Shown here: positions 50,132 to 63,205 of the stretch, in pieces
How the letters are laid out: each line of letters starts with the position of its first letter
How positions within the stretch are numbered: position 1 is the first letter of the stretch
Translations under genes and position numbers: made by a program
Notes under the pieces: model-generated
Seen by the model: only the letters and a program-made list of their open reading frames with translations
Databases searched by the model: none
Told to the model about the DNA's origin: nothing
DNA from: Oikopleura dioica
Lineage: Eukaryota > Animalia > Chordata
Length of the DNA stretch: 64,000 nt
Assembly (NCBI GenBank): GCA_907165135.1
Contig: OU015568.1
Span: 7,874,001 to 7,938,000 of the forward strand
Reading direction: 5' to 3'

Positions 50132-52092
50132 CTAAAGCCTTGCGAATCTATGTGCGCGCAGACAGCTAGTATTACAGAATTGAAAGTCTGAATATTTGAA
50201 GGGCGTCCCATTTATTTCTCCACCGCACTCGCTGCAGGGAACGAAAACGAGTTCTTTCTTCTTCGGCTTTTCAGCAGGTTCCTCGACTGTAGGAGTGGGC
50301 TTCTTCTTTTTCTTTGGCTTTTGTCTCTTTCTCTTCGACGGGTTTTCGCTAATTCCCGCTGGATCAGGAACTTCTGCTTTAGCCCAGTCCCACTTGTCCG
50401 GATTCGAACCTCTGAAATTCCAAAAACTTGCTCTTGCTTCGCGAACTGTACACAGACGGAATGGAGGCATCTTGTCCTTATTTTTCAACGTCGGATCTGA
50501 TCTATTCAAGAGTAGAAATTCGATCACTGGTGAAGAATTTTGCTCTGCTGCAAAATGAAGCAAAGTCTGAATAAAAAGATTAATTATTTTTGTAGAGAAA
50601 TATTTTAACTGACCATCTCATTCTTGAGGGGCACATTGATGATTTCTTCAGGAGAGTTGATTTCAGCGAAATACGATGCTAGTTTTTGAACGTCTCCACT
50701 TCGCACGCCGGTAAAGAGCAAGTCTAGTCTTGCCCTTACTTCTTCGTCAATCGTTTCCGAGCATTCTGAGCTGTCCAATCTCGCTTTTCTCGATTTCGAA
50801 ATTTTTGCTTTCTTCGGCGAAAGTTTGACCTTTGCCATTTCTTTTTCCACTTTATCATCTTCGTCGTCTGAAATAACATCCAAATGAGGGTTTGCGGTAA
50901 TTTTTGGTTTTGCTTTCGGTTCAAGTATTTCGGTATTTCTCCTCGGGCTTCGTTGTTTTTTGAACTGTTCTACTTGTGCTTCGGTATGAATTCGCAATGA
51001 AAAGATCTTCTGAAATACTCGTTGTGTTTCCTCGAAGCGAGGCTTGTGCATCGGCACCATCAGTGGTCTTATAATTGTTTTGTTCTCAACGACGCGGTGA
51101 AGAGGCTGGAGAATCACAGATTTCTGATGTTTCGGCGCACGACAGAAGATCGTCGCGCATTTAGCTAGTGTTGCTCCCCACTCGGTAATCTGCTCCTCAA
51201 TTTTTCTACACAATTCTTTTTCATTTTCTCGTCGTAATTGAGCACCCATGGACTTTGGCTTCATTCCTGCACGAATATTATCAGTCGCTTAGGAATCCTT
51301 CTACCTTGATTATCCCGAGTTGACTGCGCAGTGCCTCGTTTCGCCCGGACAACGTATTTCTTTATGCATTTGTGGAGCAGGGGCTTTCCATTTTCGAATA
51401 TGCAACCAGCAAAGGCGCCGGCAGAGAATAGTAAAATTGCATCATGTCGTTTCCCTTCAAATGCTTTACTTTTTGAATATTTTTGGATCATACCTTCAGG
51501 AGCAATTTTTTCGGTGAAGGATCGGCGGGTCATTACCAGGCGTTTGAGAATTTCTAATTCCGACAAGAACTCGTTTCGATGGGCGACAAGACCTCGATAA
51601 GCTGTTATTCGTTCTTTGTCTTCGTTGAAAAAATACATTTCCTAATGCACATTCAACGGATATGTTCAGAGACGAAAATATACCTGCTGAGCACGACCTC
51701 TAAATCGCATTTCAGGAGCATCAAGATTCGCAGAAGTCGCTATTTCCTCGTCTCCAGACCAATCCGACCCCTAGGAACACTCTTTATTTATTTCAGATAC
51801 ACCTTTTTACCTCCTCAGAGCTATCCGAGTCACCATCGCTCTCGTTTTCTCCGCTTCCCGATTTTGCTTTGAGCTTCGATTTTAGCAGGTTTCTGTGCTC
51901 AGCTGACTTGTAGTGTTGCACTTGATCTTCCCGAGTGACAAGCTCAACGGAGCATGTTCTACAGTAGAATTCGGATTCAGTCGGAATTGACACTTGACTT
52001 GCTTCGGCTTCTCCATTTGGAATCTCTTTTCCGATAACAAGGTTCTCTAACTTGCCCTTCCAAAACTCATCCCAAATCGGGAACGAAGACAT
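50132..52092 (-). CDS. ANKZF1: ANKZF1/Vms1 (C2H2 finger, VLRF1, ankyrin, C-terminal Zn finger)
   Basis: FYCRTCSVELVTREDQVQHYKSAEHRNLLK; LFSAGAFAGCIF; HKCIKKYVVRAKRGTAQSTRD; LHFAAEQN; CSECG...FQFCNTSCLRAH. Confidence 0.93.
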
Positions 52093-52181
52093 TCTTAAAT
52101 TTAAAATTCGCTTTTTGAGGACATCTCGTTAAAAATGATGAAGTCATGTTCAGATGACACGTGTTCGATCAGATGACATCA

Positions 52182-52897
52182 TTAGTGTTCATTTATTGAC
52201 TCTTTTGATGAATGAGTGATCTTGAGCAAGTATAAATACTCTCGCCCCGCTTTTCTTTCAATAACAATATTCATCAAGTAACTTCGTTCATTCAAAAACT
52301 CGCGTATTTCTTCCAGAACGTTCTCTCTTATCGCTATTAGGTACAAACAACCAGAGTTATTCATCAACTTCAGTGCTTTTGGCAAAAGATTGGCGAATAA
52401 AAGTTCAGTTCCATTATTTCCACCGCTCCATGAAGCACTCAGATCTTGGTCTTTTTGTGATTTGTGGAGCTCTTCACTGGTTGTCACGACATACGGAGGG
52501 TTGAGCAAGACAAAATCGAATAGACCGGTACGAAGGCAACTACCCGCGTTGTTTACGGCGCTGTCTACAAGTGAATTGTTCTTCTTTCCATTTTTACTCG
52601 TGCATTCGGAACATAACTCGTTGATGTCCAAAGAAAGAACGTAGCTTTTCGTCCAACTCGCAAAGGCACATGAAATGACTCCCGATCCAGAACCGATTTC
52701 AACTGCTAGACCTGGCTTTTCTTTGGAAAATTATCAACAAGTGCTACAAAACACGAGGTATATCTAAATTCCTTGCCTAAACATTTATCCTCAAGTTCCT
52801 TTTCAATGCCATCAAGAAAGACAAAAGAATCCTCAGAGGGCTCATACACAGAATCGGTATAATCATACCATGCTGAATAATCTGGCGTTGGACGCAT
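52182..52897 (-). CDS. N6AMT1: N6AMT1/HEMK2 methyltransferase (intact copy)
   Basis: MRPTPDY...VYEPSEDSFVFLD; VEIGSGSG; FDFVLLNPPYVVT; WSGGNNGTE; ERKAGREYLYLLK. Confidence 0.95.
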
Positions 52898-53150
52898 TCT
52901 TAATTTTTAACATGTCAGTTTTATTAGAATTTACAAATTGGCAGTATATTAATTTTTCAGAAGATCTTCTTTCATCCTTGATGAAATTTTTGGCAGCTCG
53001 AGTGAGCTCTCAATCTGATGCAATCTAAAATGGAAAAGACGTTAATTTAAAATCATAGGTAGGCGATAAAGGCAGTGAATTATGAGTATAAAAGTGAGGT
53101 GATGTGTGTGAAAATGTGAACTTTATACAGTGAAAAATAAGGAAAGGGGT

Positions 53151-56100
53151 TTAGTATTTTTCCTTCACCCGTGGGTCGCCTTGTTTGAGAAGCTGACGGT
53201 GTCTGTCTTTGAGGCTGGTATTCGTCCTCTTCGTATTACGGAAAAACTTGTTCCAGATCTTAATCCAGTCTTTTCCGTATTGATTGAGGCCAACAATCAA
53301 TAGGGCGTCCTCGTCCTAAATTCATAACAATAAAAGAGTTAAATCATTTATAAAGAGCTCACGTCTGTCCACTTCTTTCTTTTCTGCTGGCCAAGGGTTG
53401 AAGCACGGCTAATTTGGCTTGACGCTGCCCTCGAAGCTGGTCGGACCGATCCTGCCCGCGAAGCTGGTCGGCTTGACGCTGCCTGCGAAGATGTTTGGAC
53501 TGACACTTCACTGGCTGACTCGTCAGACTAAAATGAAGTTAGAGTAATCTTTCATGATTTCAAATCGTTACCTTTTCTTGTTGATTCGAAGCAATAGATT
53601 CTGGCCTCGGATTCAAGTAGTGGCTCATTCCGACTTTCCGTTGTTTGGTTTTTACAGTATCAGCGATCGAAGAGCCTTTATCGTACTTTCGTGCCAACCT
53701 TCTGTAGGAAACATCTGAAGAAGAGCCAGAGAACGCAGGCTCAGGCTGTTCGGAGGTACCAGCCGTGACATTAAAAGATCGATCAAATGTCTCGTACTCA
53801 GGATTTGTCGTATCAGCAACGTTTCTCTCGGACGTATGATTGGTAACGTTAGCAGTGTTGTCGAATGTTCCATACTCTGGATTCGTATCAACAGGAGTCT
53901 CTACTCTGCTCTCGTTGCAATCTTTGGTAATGATTTAAAAGAATTAATAGATTGTCACTATGAATTATAGTCTATGATGGACCATCATTGATGGTCTCAT
54001 GAAAAATATCATATTTGTGAATTTACAGTTTTATATCATTTCCTGAATCGATGTTTTGTTCTCGAACATCAGACTCTGCATCTGAAATGTCTGAGACTTC
54101 CGATGTGTCAACGTCTTCTTCCTCCGAATACTGGTCGGGTACATCGCGAATTACAGTGAATTTGAAGTCTTCCGTTACCGATTCGGCAATGATTGGTAGC
54201 AGCATAGACATCTTGATTTTGCTCTTGACGGAGCATCTTATACCGTTGAAGCAAATGATAATATCTCCAACACGAAGACCAGCTTTATCTGCTAACGACC
54301 CCGGGACAACTTCGCTGATGTGGATTCCTGCTTCGCTATTTTCGCTGAGCCTGAATCCAATTCTACCCTTACTGTTCTTTACATCTTTGATGACGATTGT
54401 TTTCTCATCATATACTTCTCGCGGATCCCTTGTCTCCACGGACGAAGTGATGCTTCTCGGAGGCTTTCGAGCTGCAGAAGGGATTATTTTTGGATGTTTT
54501 TTCTTCATCTGAATCGACTTCTTTTTTGATTTAGATGGCGATGGTGACTTCTCTGGTGAGCGTAATTTGGTGAGCTTCGGCATGCTAGCTGTTGGCGATC
54601 TATTTCTTCTCCGAGGACGACTTTGCGGTCGACGAACTTCCTCATCCTCGCTCGAGTTCAAGAAGCTAGAAAGATCAACATCTGGTGGCATCGCTGGAGG
54701 TGTTAAATACTTGCTGCACGTTGGTTGATTCTCCGCTTCGTCATGCCCCTTTCCCGACGGTTTCGCACTCTTTTCTTTGGTAGCTTTCTGTTGACTTTGC
54801 TTCATCTTCCCGACGCCTCTTATTGGAGTGTCATTATCAAATGCAGAAGACAAGTCCGAAATCTCGCTCAGGGCATCTCTTCCTGAACGACGAGCAATGG
54901 TGATATCCAAAGCTGGCTTAAGAATCGTCGGCTTTGAAGCGCTTTTCTTAGGCGATTTATTTTCCTTCTCGTGCTTGCTCCTTTTCGCTGCTTGATCTTT
55001 CGCGCTTGCTTCGCCCTGCGCGTCCTTTTCAGGTGTCTGAAGCTTTCTCTTGTTTGAGGTGGGAAACATAAAATCGCGAACGTCCTCTCTGTCAATTGGC
55101 TCCTGGTCTTCTCGTGGCTGCGAGCGTTCCTGACTTTGCGATTTTGAAGCTTTAGATTTCGAAGGTCCCGGTTTTTCTTTTGCAGGCTTTTCCGGTACTG
55201 GAAAAGGCTTTTTGAAACGGCTTGATAATCCTGGAACGGGCTTCGAAAAATTCACATTCGGTACTTTTGGCTCCCAAGAAATCGCATTTTCGAGTTCTCG
55301 ATTCAAGGGATCGCTCGAATCTCGTGCTCGGGTTCTTCTTGAAATAAAAGCCCTCGCGAATTCCAGACGTCTACTAATACCGCCAGCTTGTAATCTTCGA
55401 CAGGCTCTAGCCAACGATTCGTTGACCTCATCACGCGTTGGTCTTGCTCTCGATCTCGGCATTTTTCTATTAACTCTTTTTTGCTTTTTGGCCTGATCTG
55501 CTTGTTTGTTAATTTTCTGTGTTTCAGCATTGCTCGTCGGCGATTTGAGTTTCGCAAAGTAATCATCATCTAAATCCTCATCGAAAGTCTTCTGAGTCGC
55601 TGACGCTTGCTCAAAGGTTGGAGAAGTGGGAGGCGTGAAATATTTTTCATTAGTCCCTTGTGACTCTTCTTGAGGTTGAAGTTGAGTTGCTGAAGTTGAC
55701 TCTTGTCGAGCTTGAGTTGCTTGGGTTGACTGTTGTGAGTCGAGAGCAAGCGCTGTGTGGTTTAAAAGATCGCCCACTCGCTGGGTCTGGTTTATCCCTT
55801 CTTGTGACTTTTCTTCTTGAGAATCTTCGGCGCATAAGTTCAGCGCATCGTGAGTTCTCCTTTTTCTCCCTTCAGTCTCTCGTAGCGTCTCTCCAGAAAC
55901 CTGTGACCAAGTATCTTTTGTTTCGACCTTTTTTGATCTCACTGTCGTGTCTCCTGAGGACGCCATGATTATCTCCGGGGACTCCATCGGTTCTTCCTGA
56001 TTTTCATTGAAGAGGCTTCGCCGAAGCTTTCTCGAGGGCTGTGGAGGTGTTGCGGGTGCTGATTGATCAGCCTTACTCGGCGTTTTCGGTAGACTCTTTT

Positions 56101-57306
56101 CAGGCGTTTCATAAACGGAGGAGCCTTGAGAGGAGTTCGCTTCCTCTACTTCTTGCTGGGGAATCTGCGTAGTATCCATTGGCTGTGGCTCATCATTGAA
56201 AAGTTCTCCGCTGACGGAGAGGGAGATCTCTGGATCCGAAGGCACCTCATCATTGAGTAGTTCACCACTGACTGATACGGAAATTGCAGCGATCCCTTCT
56301 TCGGATCCCTGAGTATTCCCAGAAGATTGTGAAGACGCAAGAGCAGCCTGGGTCAATTTTTCAATCCTTTCCAGGGGATCATCGTTTATCGCCTTCCCGG
56401 ATCGGGTTTTTCTCGGAGAGTGCGTGGCTTTTGCTAAACAGAAGGTAAGGATTTGGTAAAAGAATCAATAACTTACGAGATGATTTGACAGCTTTGTTTT
56501 GCTTCTTTCTCGCTTTTGGTGTTTTAGGCGAATGCTCTGTGCGGTTTTTATCTGAGTTAGGTTCAGCTTTGATTTGAGAAAACTCAGCAGCTCGCTCCAT
56601 CATCTCATATCGGCTCAGTTGGGAAAGTTGAGTTTCCTGAGTTTCCCAGCCATCCATGCTCTGCTGTGATGGGGGAAGCTCCGGTAAAGGTATTTCAGGG
56701 GAAAGCTCAGTTGATTCTTTCGCAGATCCCGTCTTTCGTTGCGAACTCGTTGCTATAATTCGTGTATATTTTCAACATATGTTTAATCGCTTACTTGGTT
56801 GGTCGGGATCAAGATCTGAGGCCAGCTCCGAGTTTGATGATTTGTTAGAAGTCTTCTTCGGCGATTTGAAGTAGGGTGACGGCTGCGAAAACTCAGCAGC
56901 TCGTTCCATCATCTCGTAACGGCTCAGTTGAGATAGTCTTTGAGAATCTTCCAAGCTCTCTTGCGTGGTCGCTTGTGATTTTTCTGGCGTTAGATCAATA
57001 TGAATTTTGGAAGATCTCGTTCGAACAGGCTCTTTATTCGATGATGGTGCTAGTTTCAGTTGTTAAAAAGTAGAGCGAACATTTAGACTTACCATCTTTT
57101 TGAGACGTTTTGACAGTCGCTTCTTTCTCTCGCTGGTTGATTCTTCCAGACCGTGTTTTCATTGGGGAGATATCTACACGGAATTGCATGAAAATAAGTC
57201 AGCAGGCTATAATTTTACCTATCTCTGAAGATTGACTCTCGTCAATGAGAAGCACTCCAGAATTATCATCCGACGAAGGGGATTCATCTCTCTCTTTGGG
57301 GTTCAT
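53151..57306 (-). CDS. PDZ + telobox-like Myb protein, copy 2 (no frameshift seen)
   Basis: 777-aa open central exon with PDZ. Last exons KRKKWTDDEDALLIVGLNQYGKDWIKIWNKFFRNTKRTNTSLKDRHRQL. Confidence 0.85.
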
Positions 57307-57404
57307 TTTCAATCCGATAACGCACCGTCTGAACAAAAAAATATTGAATCGTTTCTCAACTCTTTTCGTAAAGAGGTCAAGTGCCGACGGTCGAGCAGCA
57401 AAAA

Positions 57405-57745
57405 TAAGTTTTTGAATCTAGAAAGAAAGAAAACAATTCTCGAAAATCGCAGTCTCTCGATCAGATAAAAAAATTGTCGTTTAGAGTAGAAAAAAAAAGT
57501 AGAAAATGACGACAAGCAAAAAGAGTTTTCGAATCTAGAAAGAAAGAAAACAATTCTCGAAAATTGAGTATTTTCAAATGATGCTCCGACTAGCCTTGGT
57601 CGCAGTCTCTCTCGATCAGATAAAAAAAAAATTATCGTTTAGACATGGACGAATAAAAAAGCAGAAAATGATGCTCCGACTAGCCTTGGTCGCAGTCTCT
57701 CTCGATCAGATAAAAAATTATCGTTTAGACATGGACGAATAAAAA
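57405..57745. repeat. Mosaic tandem repeat upstream of PDZ/Myb copy 2
   Basis: Unit aaatgatgctccgactagccttggtcgcagtctctctcgatcagataaaaa..ttatcgtttagacatggacgaataaaaa occurs twice. gaatctagaaagaaagaaaacaattctcgaaaat also occurs twice. Confidence 0.85.
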
Positions 57746-57810
57746 CGTAGAAAGAAAGCATTTTATTCGACATGTTTTTGGACATTCAAATTGGCAGTAA
57801 TCGGTTATTT

Positions 57811-60583
57811 TTAAAAAGAAGGACTCGTTGCTTGAAACTCCTTGAGGCTCTTTTCCATTTGTTCCGCGCGGAATATCACTTCCGCTTCTTCATCCAACGC
57901 CGGTTTTCGCCATTTTCGCGGATCGATGTCCGCCAGTCCACCGAGAATCTCGCGCATAAAATAAGGAGGGAAGCGTTCGCTATTCTCGACGATGTGAGCG
58001 AATCCTCCGCCACCGCCAAATTCGACCGCAATATGACCTAAAATGAATTCAACTTTGGTTTCTTTCACTTTTCTCACCTAATTGATGGGGAACTTTTTTA
58101 AAATGGCTCATTTCCTTCATCGTGTTTATCACTGCCTTGTTGGTCGCCCACATCCCTTCTGCATCTTGAAACGCTTTCTGGAAGTACATTGGCGCCATTT
58201 CAGCCTCTTCCATGTCGATTGGAACGCATTCCGTGACAAAATGCGGGAAACCCTTCGTCTTCGTCGCTAGAAAGAGCAGTTAGCAAGGAACTAATCGACA
58301 CTGGAACTCGTAAAAAGAAATCGAGCCACGTACATAAAATCATCGTAAATGATAAAAACTCACAATCACGAAACTCCCCTCGTCATTAAAAATGCTCAAC
58401 AAGAGAAAATGAAAATTTCGATTAAACTCTTACTGGCTTGGTTATCCGTTTCAAGCGCTCAATGGTACCCTGTAAGTCCACATCGGTAATATTTTATTTC
58501 ACAAAATAAGATACAAGCTGCTGCAGCTGACTATTGTCCCTGCCCTGATAATGGAGCGCGAATTCTTGGCTTGGAATCAAAGATGATTGAGCTTGGTAAA
58601 AAACCGTTTATATTTTCCCCTAAATTTTGGTAGAAACAAGGATAAAACAGATCGAGCGAAAGACTCCCCGCCGCGGTCGCCCTGGTCCTCCTGGTCCAGC
58701 TGGTCCACCAGGACAGACTGGAATAGCTGGACAAGATGGCCATCCTGGCAGTGATGGCGCCCGTGGCGAACGAGGAGTAAAAGGAGCCACGGGGCTACGA
58801 GGACTGCCTGGTAGAAGAGGTGAACGAGGATTCCCAGGTCTTCAAGGAATCCCAGGCGACACTGGTCCTCCAGGACCTCCTGGCTTGGAGGGCGAGCGAG
58901 GAGAACCCGGCGTGCCTGGCGACATGGGTCCAAGAGGTGACCCTGGACCACGAGGTAACACATTTTATCAAAGGTTGAGATAGGTAAAATTTGAAGGATT
59001 CAATGGAGATCATGGTAAGCCAGGCAAAACTGGCGCTCCTGGACCTGATGGCCCACCAGGTCCACCTGGCAATCCTGGACTACCTGGACTGAATTTGCAA
59101 TCCCGTAGCGCGCCGACGCTCATTGTCAATGAATAAAACGTTTCCTGTCAATAAAATTAATACCTGTAGTGATAAAAACTGGCTCTGTGTCATTCTTTGC
59201 TTTGAAATAACCAGTAAGCATTCTTCGCAGGTTGAGGATCTCGCGCGCGACATCTTCATCGCATGACGGTAGATTTGGATAGTGTTCTTTTGTAACGATG
59301 ATGCAGTGGCCTTCAGCCATCGGTTCAGAGCCTGTAACAGCTAAGTACACGTGTTGGCCAACCCAGCAAATTGAGTCGCGGAGTTTCTAAGAATTTGTCA
59401 ACTTTTGTTTTCAACTGCGTTCACTCTTTACCTTATTTGAATAGCAAAAGCGACAGTTTTCGAGGCTTCTATGAATCATCCTGCTCTTTGCTCGTTCACG
59501 GTCCTCTTCTGCGTTAGGCTTCTCTTTTTTCCCTCTTGTCTTTGTACCGTCGAAGAGTTCTTCGAGGCCTCCTCCTTTGATGATATTCATTGATGCCGCC
59601 TTCATGAGCGCCATATCCGAAGCTAAAAAAGACCTTGAAGACACGGAAGACTATCATGAAACTTACCCATTCCTCCATCGTCATTCTTTTCATCGCGCAG
59701 AAGAGCAGAAATATCAGATTCGCCTTTCTGGTTACTTGGACGGATTCGACCACGGGCATCGTATTTTTGAACGACGATTGTGTTTTCATCAGGTAATTCG
59801 TCGATTTCTTTTTGAATTTTCGCAGCTTTTTCTTTGTTGCCTTTGAGATCGGCACGCATCAGCTTTCCAGTAAGTTTGTTTCGGATTTCTTTGATTTCCG
59901 CAGCCGCTAAATTTGAGGTAGACAATGCTCCAATAATAGTGACTTACATTTGCCCTCATGCTTTGATCTTTTCTTAGGCCTAGTTTCGGGCTCGACTTCT
60001 GCGTCTCTCTCTGCCCACATCGCTTCCATCTCGTCTTCATAGCTAATCTCCTGCTTCCTCTTCTCTGGTTTTCTTTGTTTCTCCCTCATTTCTTCCTCGG
60101 TCGGTGGCATTCCAGTGCCACCATCTTTGAAGTAAGGGTTCAACTCGAGTCTATGGGATCCCATTTTGTGCTTTTCTTCGAACTCTTCTCGCTCTTTTTC
60201 TTTTTGGGCAGCTCGATCTTCTTTTTTCGTAGATTTTTTTCTAAAACAATATTAGCAAGAAAGTTACATGCTTCCATCAGCTCCCCACGATGATCAAAAT
60301 AGGGGATTACCTCCTACCCTATCGAGCCAAAGAAGTCCTCCTCGCTGCCCATCCATGAAGAGTTCGTTTTCGTTGACGCTCCGGCTTCAACCCATTGATC
60401 TTGCTCTGGCGAGGACGATCGACGATCTGATTTTGATTTTTTCTCTTTCTTCGATTTTTTCTCCTTTTTTGACTTTTTCTCTTTCTTTGCTTTCTTCTCT
60501 TTTTTATCTTTTAATTTCAGTGCTCCCGGACGCATGAAAGAACTCTCGGACGATTTCATGAAATCGCCCATAAAATCCGACAT
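57811..60583 (-). CDS. CWF19L2: CWF19-like protein 2 (spliceosome disassembly factor)
   Basis: LELNPYFKDGGTGMP; LENCRFCY; AEGHCIIV; ECVPI...APMYFQKAF; VEFGGGGGFAHIVE...FMREILGG. Confidence 0.93.
58409..59136 (+). CDS. Short secreted collagen (~42 Gly-X-Y triplets) nested antisense in a CWF19L2 intron
   Basis: Four exons: signal peptide MKISIKLLLAWLSVSSA, YCPCPD, heptad-like LESKMIELETRIKQIE, uninterrupted GXY run, short tail NLQSRSAPTLIVNE*. Lies within intron 58267-59163. Confidence 0.85.
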
Positions 60584-60728
60584 TTTTCTAAAATCAGTTC
60601 ATGTTTATTTGAGTCTTTGGAACTTGTATATTTCACAGGTTTATTTGGAATAATAAATAACAAGAACAGAATCGCTTATTCTTCTTCCTCCTAAAAAATG
60701 AGTTTGAAGTAGATAGATTGGTCGTTTT

Positions 60729-61114
60729 TCAAACCTCAGCTGGAGCAGCAGAAGGTGTGTGAGGAGAAGGAAGACCCAACTCTTCGTTCAAGTAAAGAGC
60801 ATCCATCTGGTGCTGGAACTTGGGTCTGATGACGGAGCCACGTCCGGGCAAGTGATGGTCTCCGTCGTAGAAGGAGTGGTAGAAGATGAACACGAGGAAG
60901 CCGAGAGAGACGGTTTGGAACATGGCGGTGAAGACGGGATCCTGGTAGGCGCCCCACTTGTAGCTCACGTTGTACATACCCAAGTCCATTCCGACGGATC
61001 TCTTCGACTATAAACGAGTGTAAAACTAGTGTTGAAGTCGCGGTAACTTACGGTCTTGGTCAGCGAAGTGCGGCCAGAAGCCCGGAGCGAGTTTCTAGCG
61101 ACTTGTCGGAACAT
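60729..61114 (-). CDS. NDUFB2: Complex I subunit AGGG/NDUFB2-like
   Basis: Mitochondrial presequence MFRQVARNSLR, single TM, FYHSFYDGDHHLPG...YLNEELGLP (compare WHDSEEVLGH...TDEELGIP). Confidence 0.65.
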
Positions 61115-61152
61115 TCTGAAAGTTTTGTTTTTAGAGCGTTTTGAATCAAAGT

Positions 61153-61692
61153 TTATGATAAATCGACAAGTTTGAAGTTATTATCAATAGGTTTTGGAAC
61201 CACGTGACAGTGCAGTTTATAAATGAAGCTACCAGCCGGCATTTTTGTTATTTCTTCCGCCTAGAATCAAGTTAGAAAGGATTTTATCAAGACATCTTAC
61301 GAGGCGAGTATTTTTAGCTGGAATAAAAATTTCTTTCGTATATCGAACAGTTCCGTCACAGAGCGCGTAAATTCCCTTTTTATTGGTAAATTGATTCCAG
61401 CCCATTTCGAAGACGGGCTCTGTATTTGCTCCTAAACGCCAGTAAAAAGGACAATCAAGAGTTCACGAGCCGAACCTGGAAGACAACTCCAAGGTCCACC
61501 CTGGTTCTGTTCTTGGTTCCAAATCAATTGGCCCATTTTGACGGGCTCGCCCTCTTCGATCATCGCTCCGAAGGTTTTAGTCCCTTTTCGAGGATTCTTT
61601 TCTTTTAATATCAAACGACTTTTCGCCACAGCTTTTGCAGTTCTCTCCGAAGTAGTGAGTACCGACCGCGATTTACTCAAGAGCCGATTCAT
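61153..61692 (-). CDS. MRPL27: Mitochondrial ribosomal protein bL27m
   Basis: GAMIEEGEPVKMGQLIWNQ...GIYALCDGTVRYTKEIFIP...MPAGSFIYKLHCHVVP...FKLVDL matches MRPL27 (LYALEEGIVRYTKEVYVP...LYKTFVHVVP). Confidence 0.88.
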
Positions 61693-61741
61693 TTTTCTTA
61701 AACAGAAGATAACAGTTACAAGTAACGAATAAAGGTGAATA

Positions 61742-62458
61742 TTATTGAAATGTCTGTGGAATGCCTATTTCTTGGCGCAGTTCATTTAGGTCCTGCTCCC
61801 AGCGTTCCTCGTAGAAAATTGATAAATAGTGCAATTTTGTATTATCTTTCATAAGTTTCGAGAGTCTGTTTTGATGCCTTTGCCATTTAGAAGAATTTAG
61901 ACGGTAAAAAGGAGCCGCAGTAGCACCAATAAAAGGGACAGCAAAGCCAGTTTGTGAAAACTCAAAAGCTTTTACGGCCGATTCTCCTTCGAAATTTGTC
62001 GGAGCATCGAGGAGTAAGTGGAGAAAGTCGTGAATTTGTCGATATCGAAGCATGACATACGCTTGATCTTCGTCTTCTACGTATTTCACCGGCACTCGAG
62101 TGTCAGGAGAAATCTTCTGTCGCTCGAGCATAGCCTGGTACTCGTGTCCTAAAGTCTGAGAAGGAAGATTCTTTAGCGCATCGAAATCGACTGTTGAAGA
62201 ATTGATGACTGGCTTTGATTCGAGAAGGCGGTTTCCTTCTTCTGTTGACAAAATGCGTGTTCTGACTTGATCAAGTTGAGAGGGAAGTGTTGTTGCTTCT
62301 GTGGCGTAGGCTACGCAGTCATATCTTATTGGGGTTAAAGGTCGATCGAGGATTGAAAACGTTTACCTGTAGGGATCACGAACCGCCGTAATTCCACAGC
62401 CAACTGCTAAAATTCCGCGTTGGACCAATGATAAGTTTCGTTTTTGAGCCGATAACAT
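61742..62458 (-). CDS. COQ4: Ubiquinone biosynthesis protein COQ4
   Basis: AVRDPYR; LPSQTLGHEY; ISPDTRVPVKYVED..AYVMLRYRQIHDFLHLLLDAPTNFEGESAVKAFEF. Confidence 0.95.
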
Positions 62459-62506
62459 AATTCTAAAGTGGAAAAATAAGAATGTGTTTTGAATAATAAT
62501 TTAAAT

Positions 62507-63148
62507 TCATTGATTCGCGTAAGGAGCAGATTTGATAATTCTGTTCTTGAGAGACTTTGATCTCGGCTTGATTTGTACATTTGGAAAGTGGCTCTTGAAT
62601 TCTAACTCGTGAAGCGGTGGTAGTTGATTCTCTCGGAATTCCTCGTGCCAGGCGAAGTAAAGGTCGTTGTATTGCTTTTCTAGCGCCTCGAACTAGGCGG
62701 AAAATGGATTATTTGAAAGGATTAATTCATGAAATGCACCTTTTTCCAGTATAAATCCGTGCCGGGCTCTATGCTTTCAATATTGATCGAATTTATGTCA
62801 GTCAAGAAATCTTCTGTCCAAAGCCAATCTGGATATTCAGAGTCTGGTTTCAACTTGGGCTCGTCAAAGAGCGTCTTTTTCTGCTCGTCGGTCCACTCGT
62901 ACATCGTCAGGATATTTTCAGAGTGTATGTTGATTCCGCAACAGGTAGTTGTAAGCTTTACAAAATCCTAAACGACAATAAAAAAGTGAAATAATCAGTC
63001 TTTCTACCGTTTCTGGGTCTGGCACTTTAACTTCAACGGCTTTTCCTCCTCCGCCGCCGCCTCCCTTCTTTTTCTTTTTAGGTCCAAGAACGGGGCGTCC
63101 GAGGACGAGAGTCCTCCGCGGAAGGAGACTTATTCCACGGATAAGCAT
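62507..63148 (-). CDS. MRPL54: Mitochondrial ribosomal protein mL54
   Basis: GPKKKKKGGG; CCGINI; EPKLKPDSEYPDWLW; IEPGTDLYWKK. Confidence 0.88.
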
Positions 63149-63205
63149 ACTAAATAAGCATCGAAATCATTTTTAATTGTACGATAATTTTTTTTACTGT
63201 TTTTA

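Noticed and set aside
57575-57745. CRISPR-like repeat array
   Set aside because: Contiguous tandem units without unique spacers, no cas genes, and a eukaryotic context.
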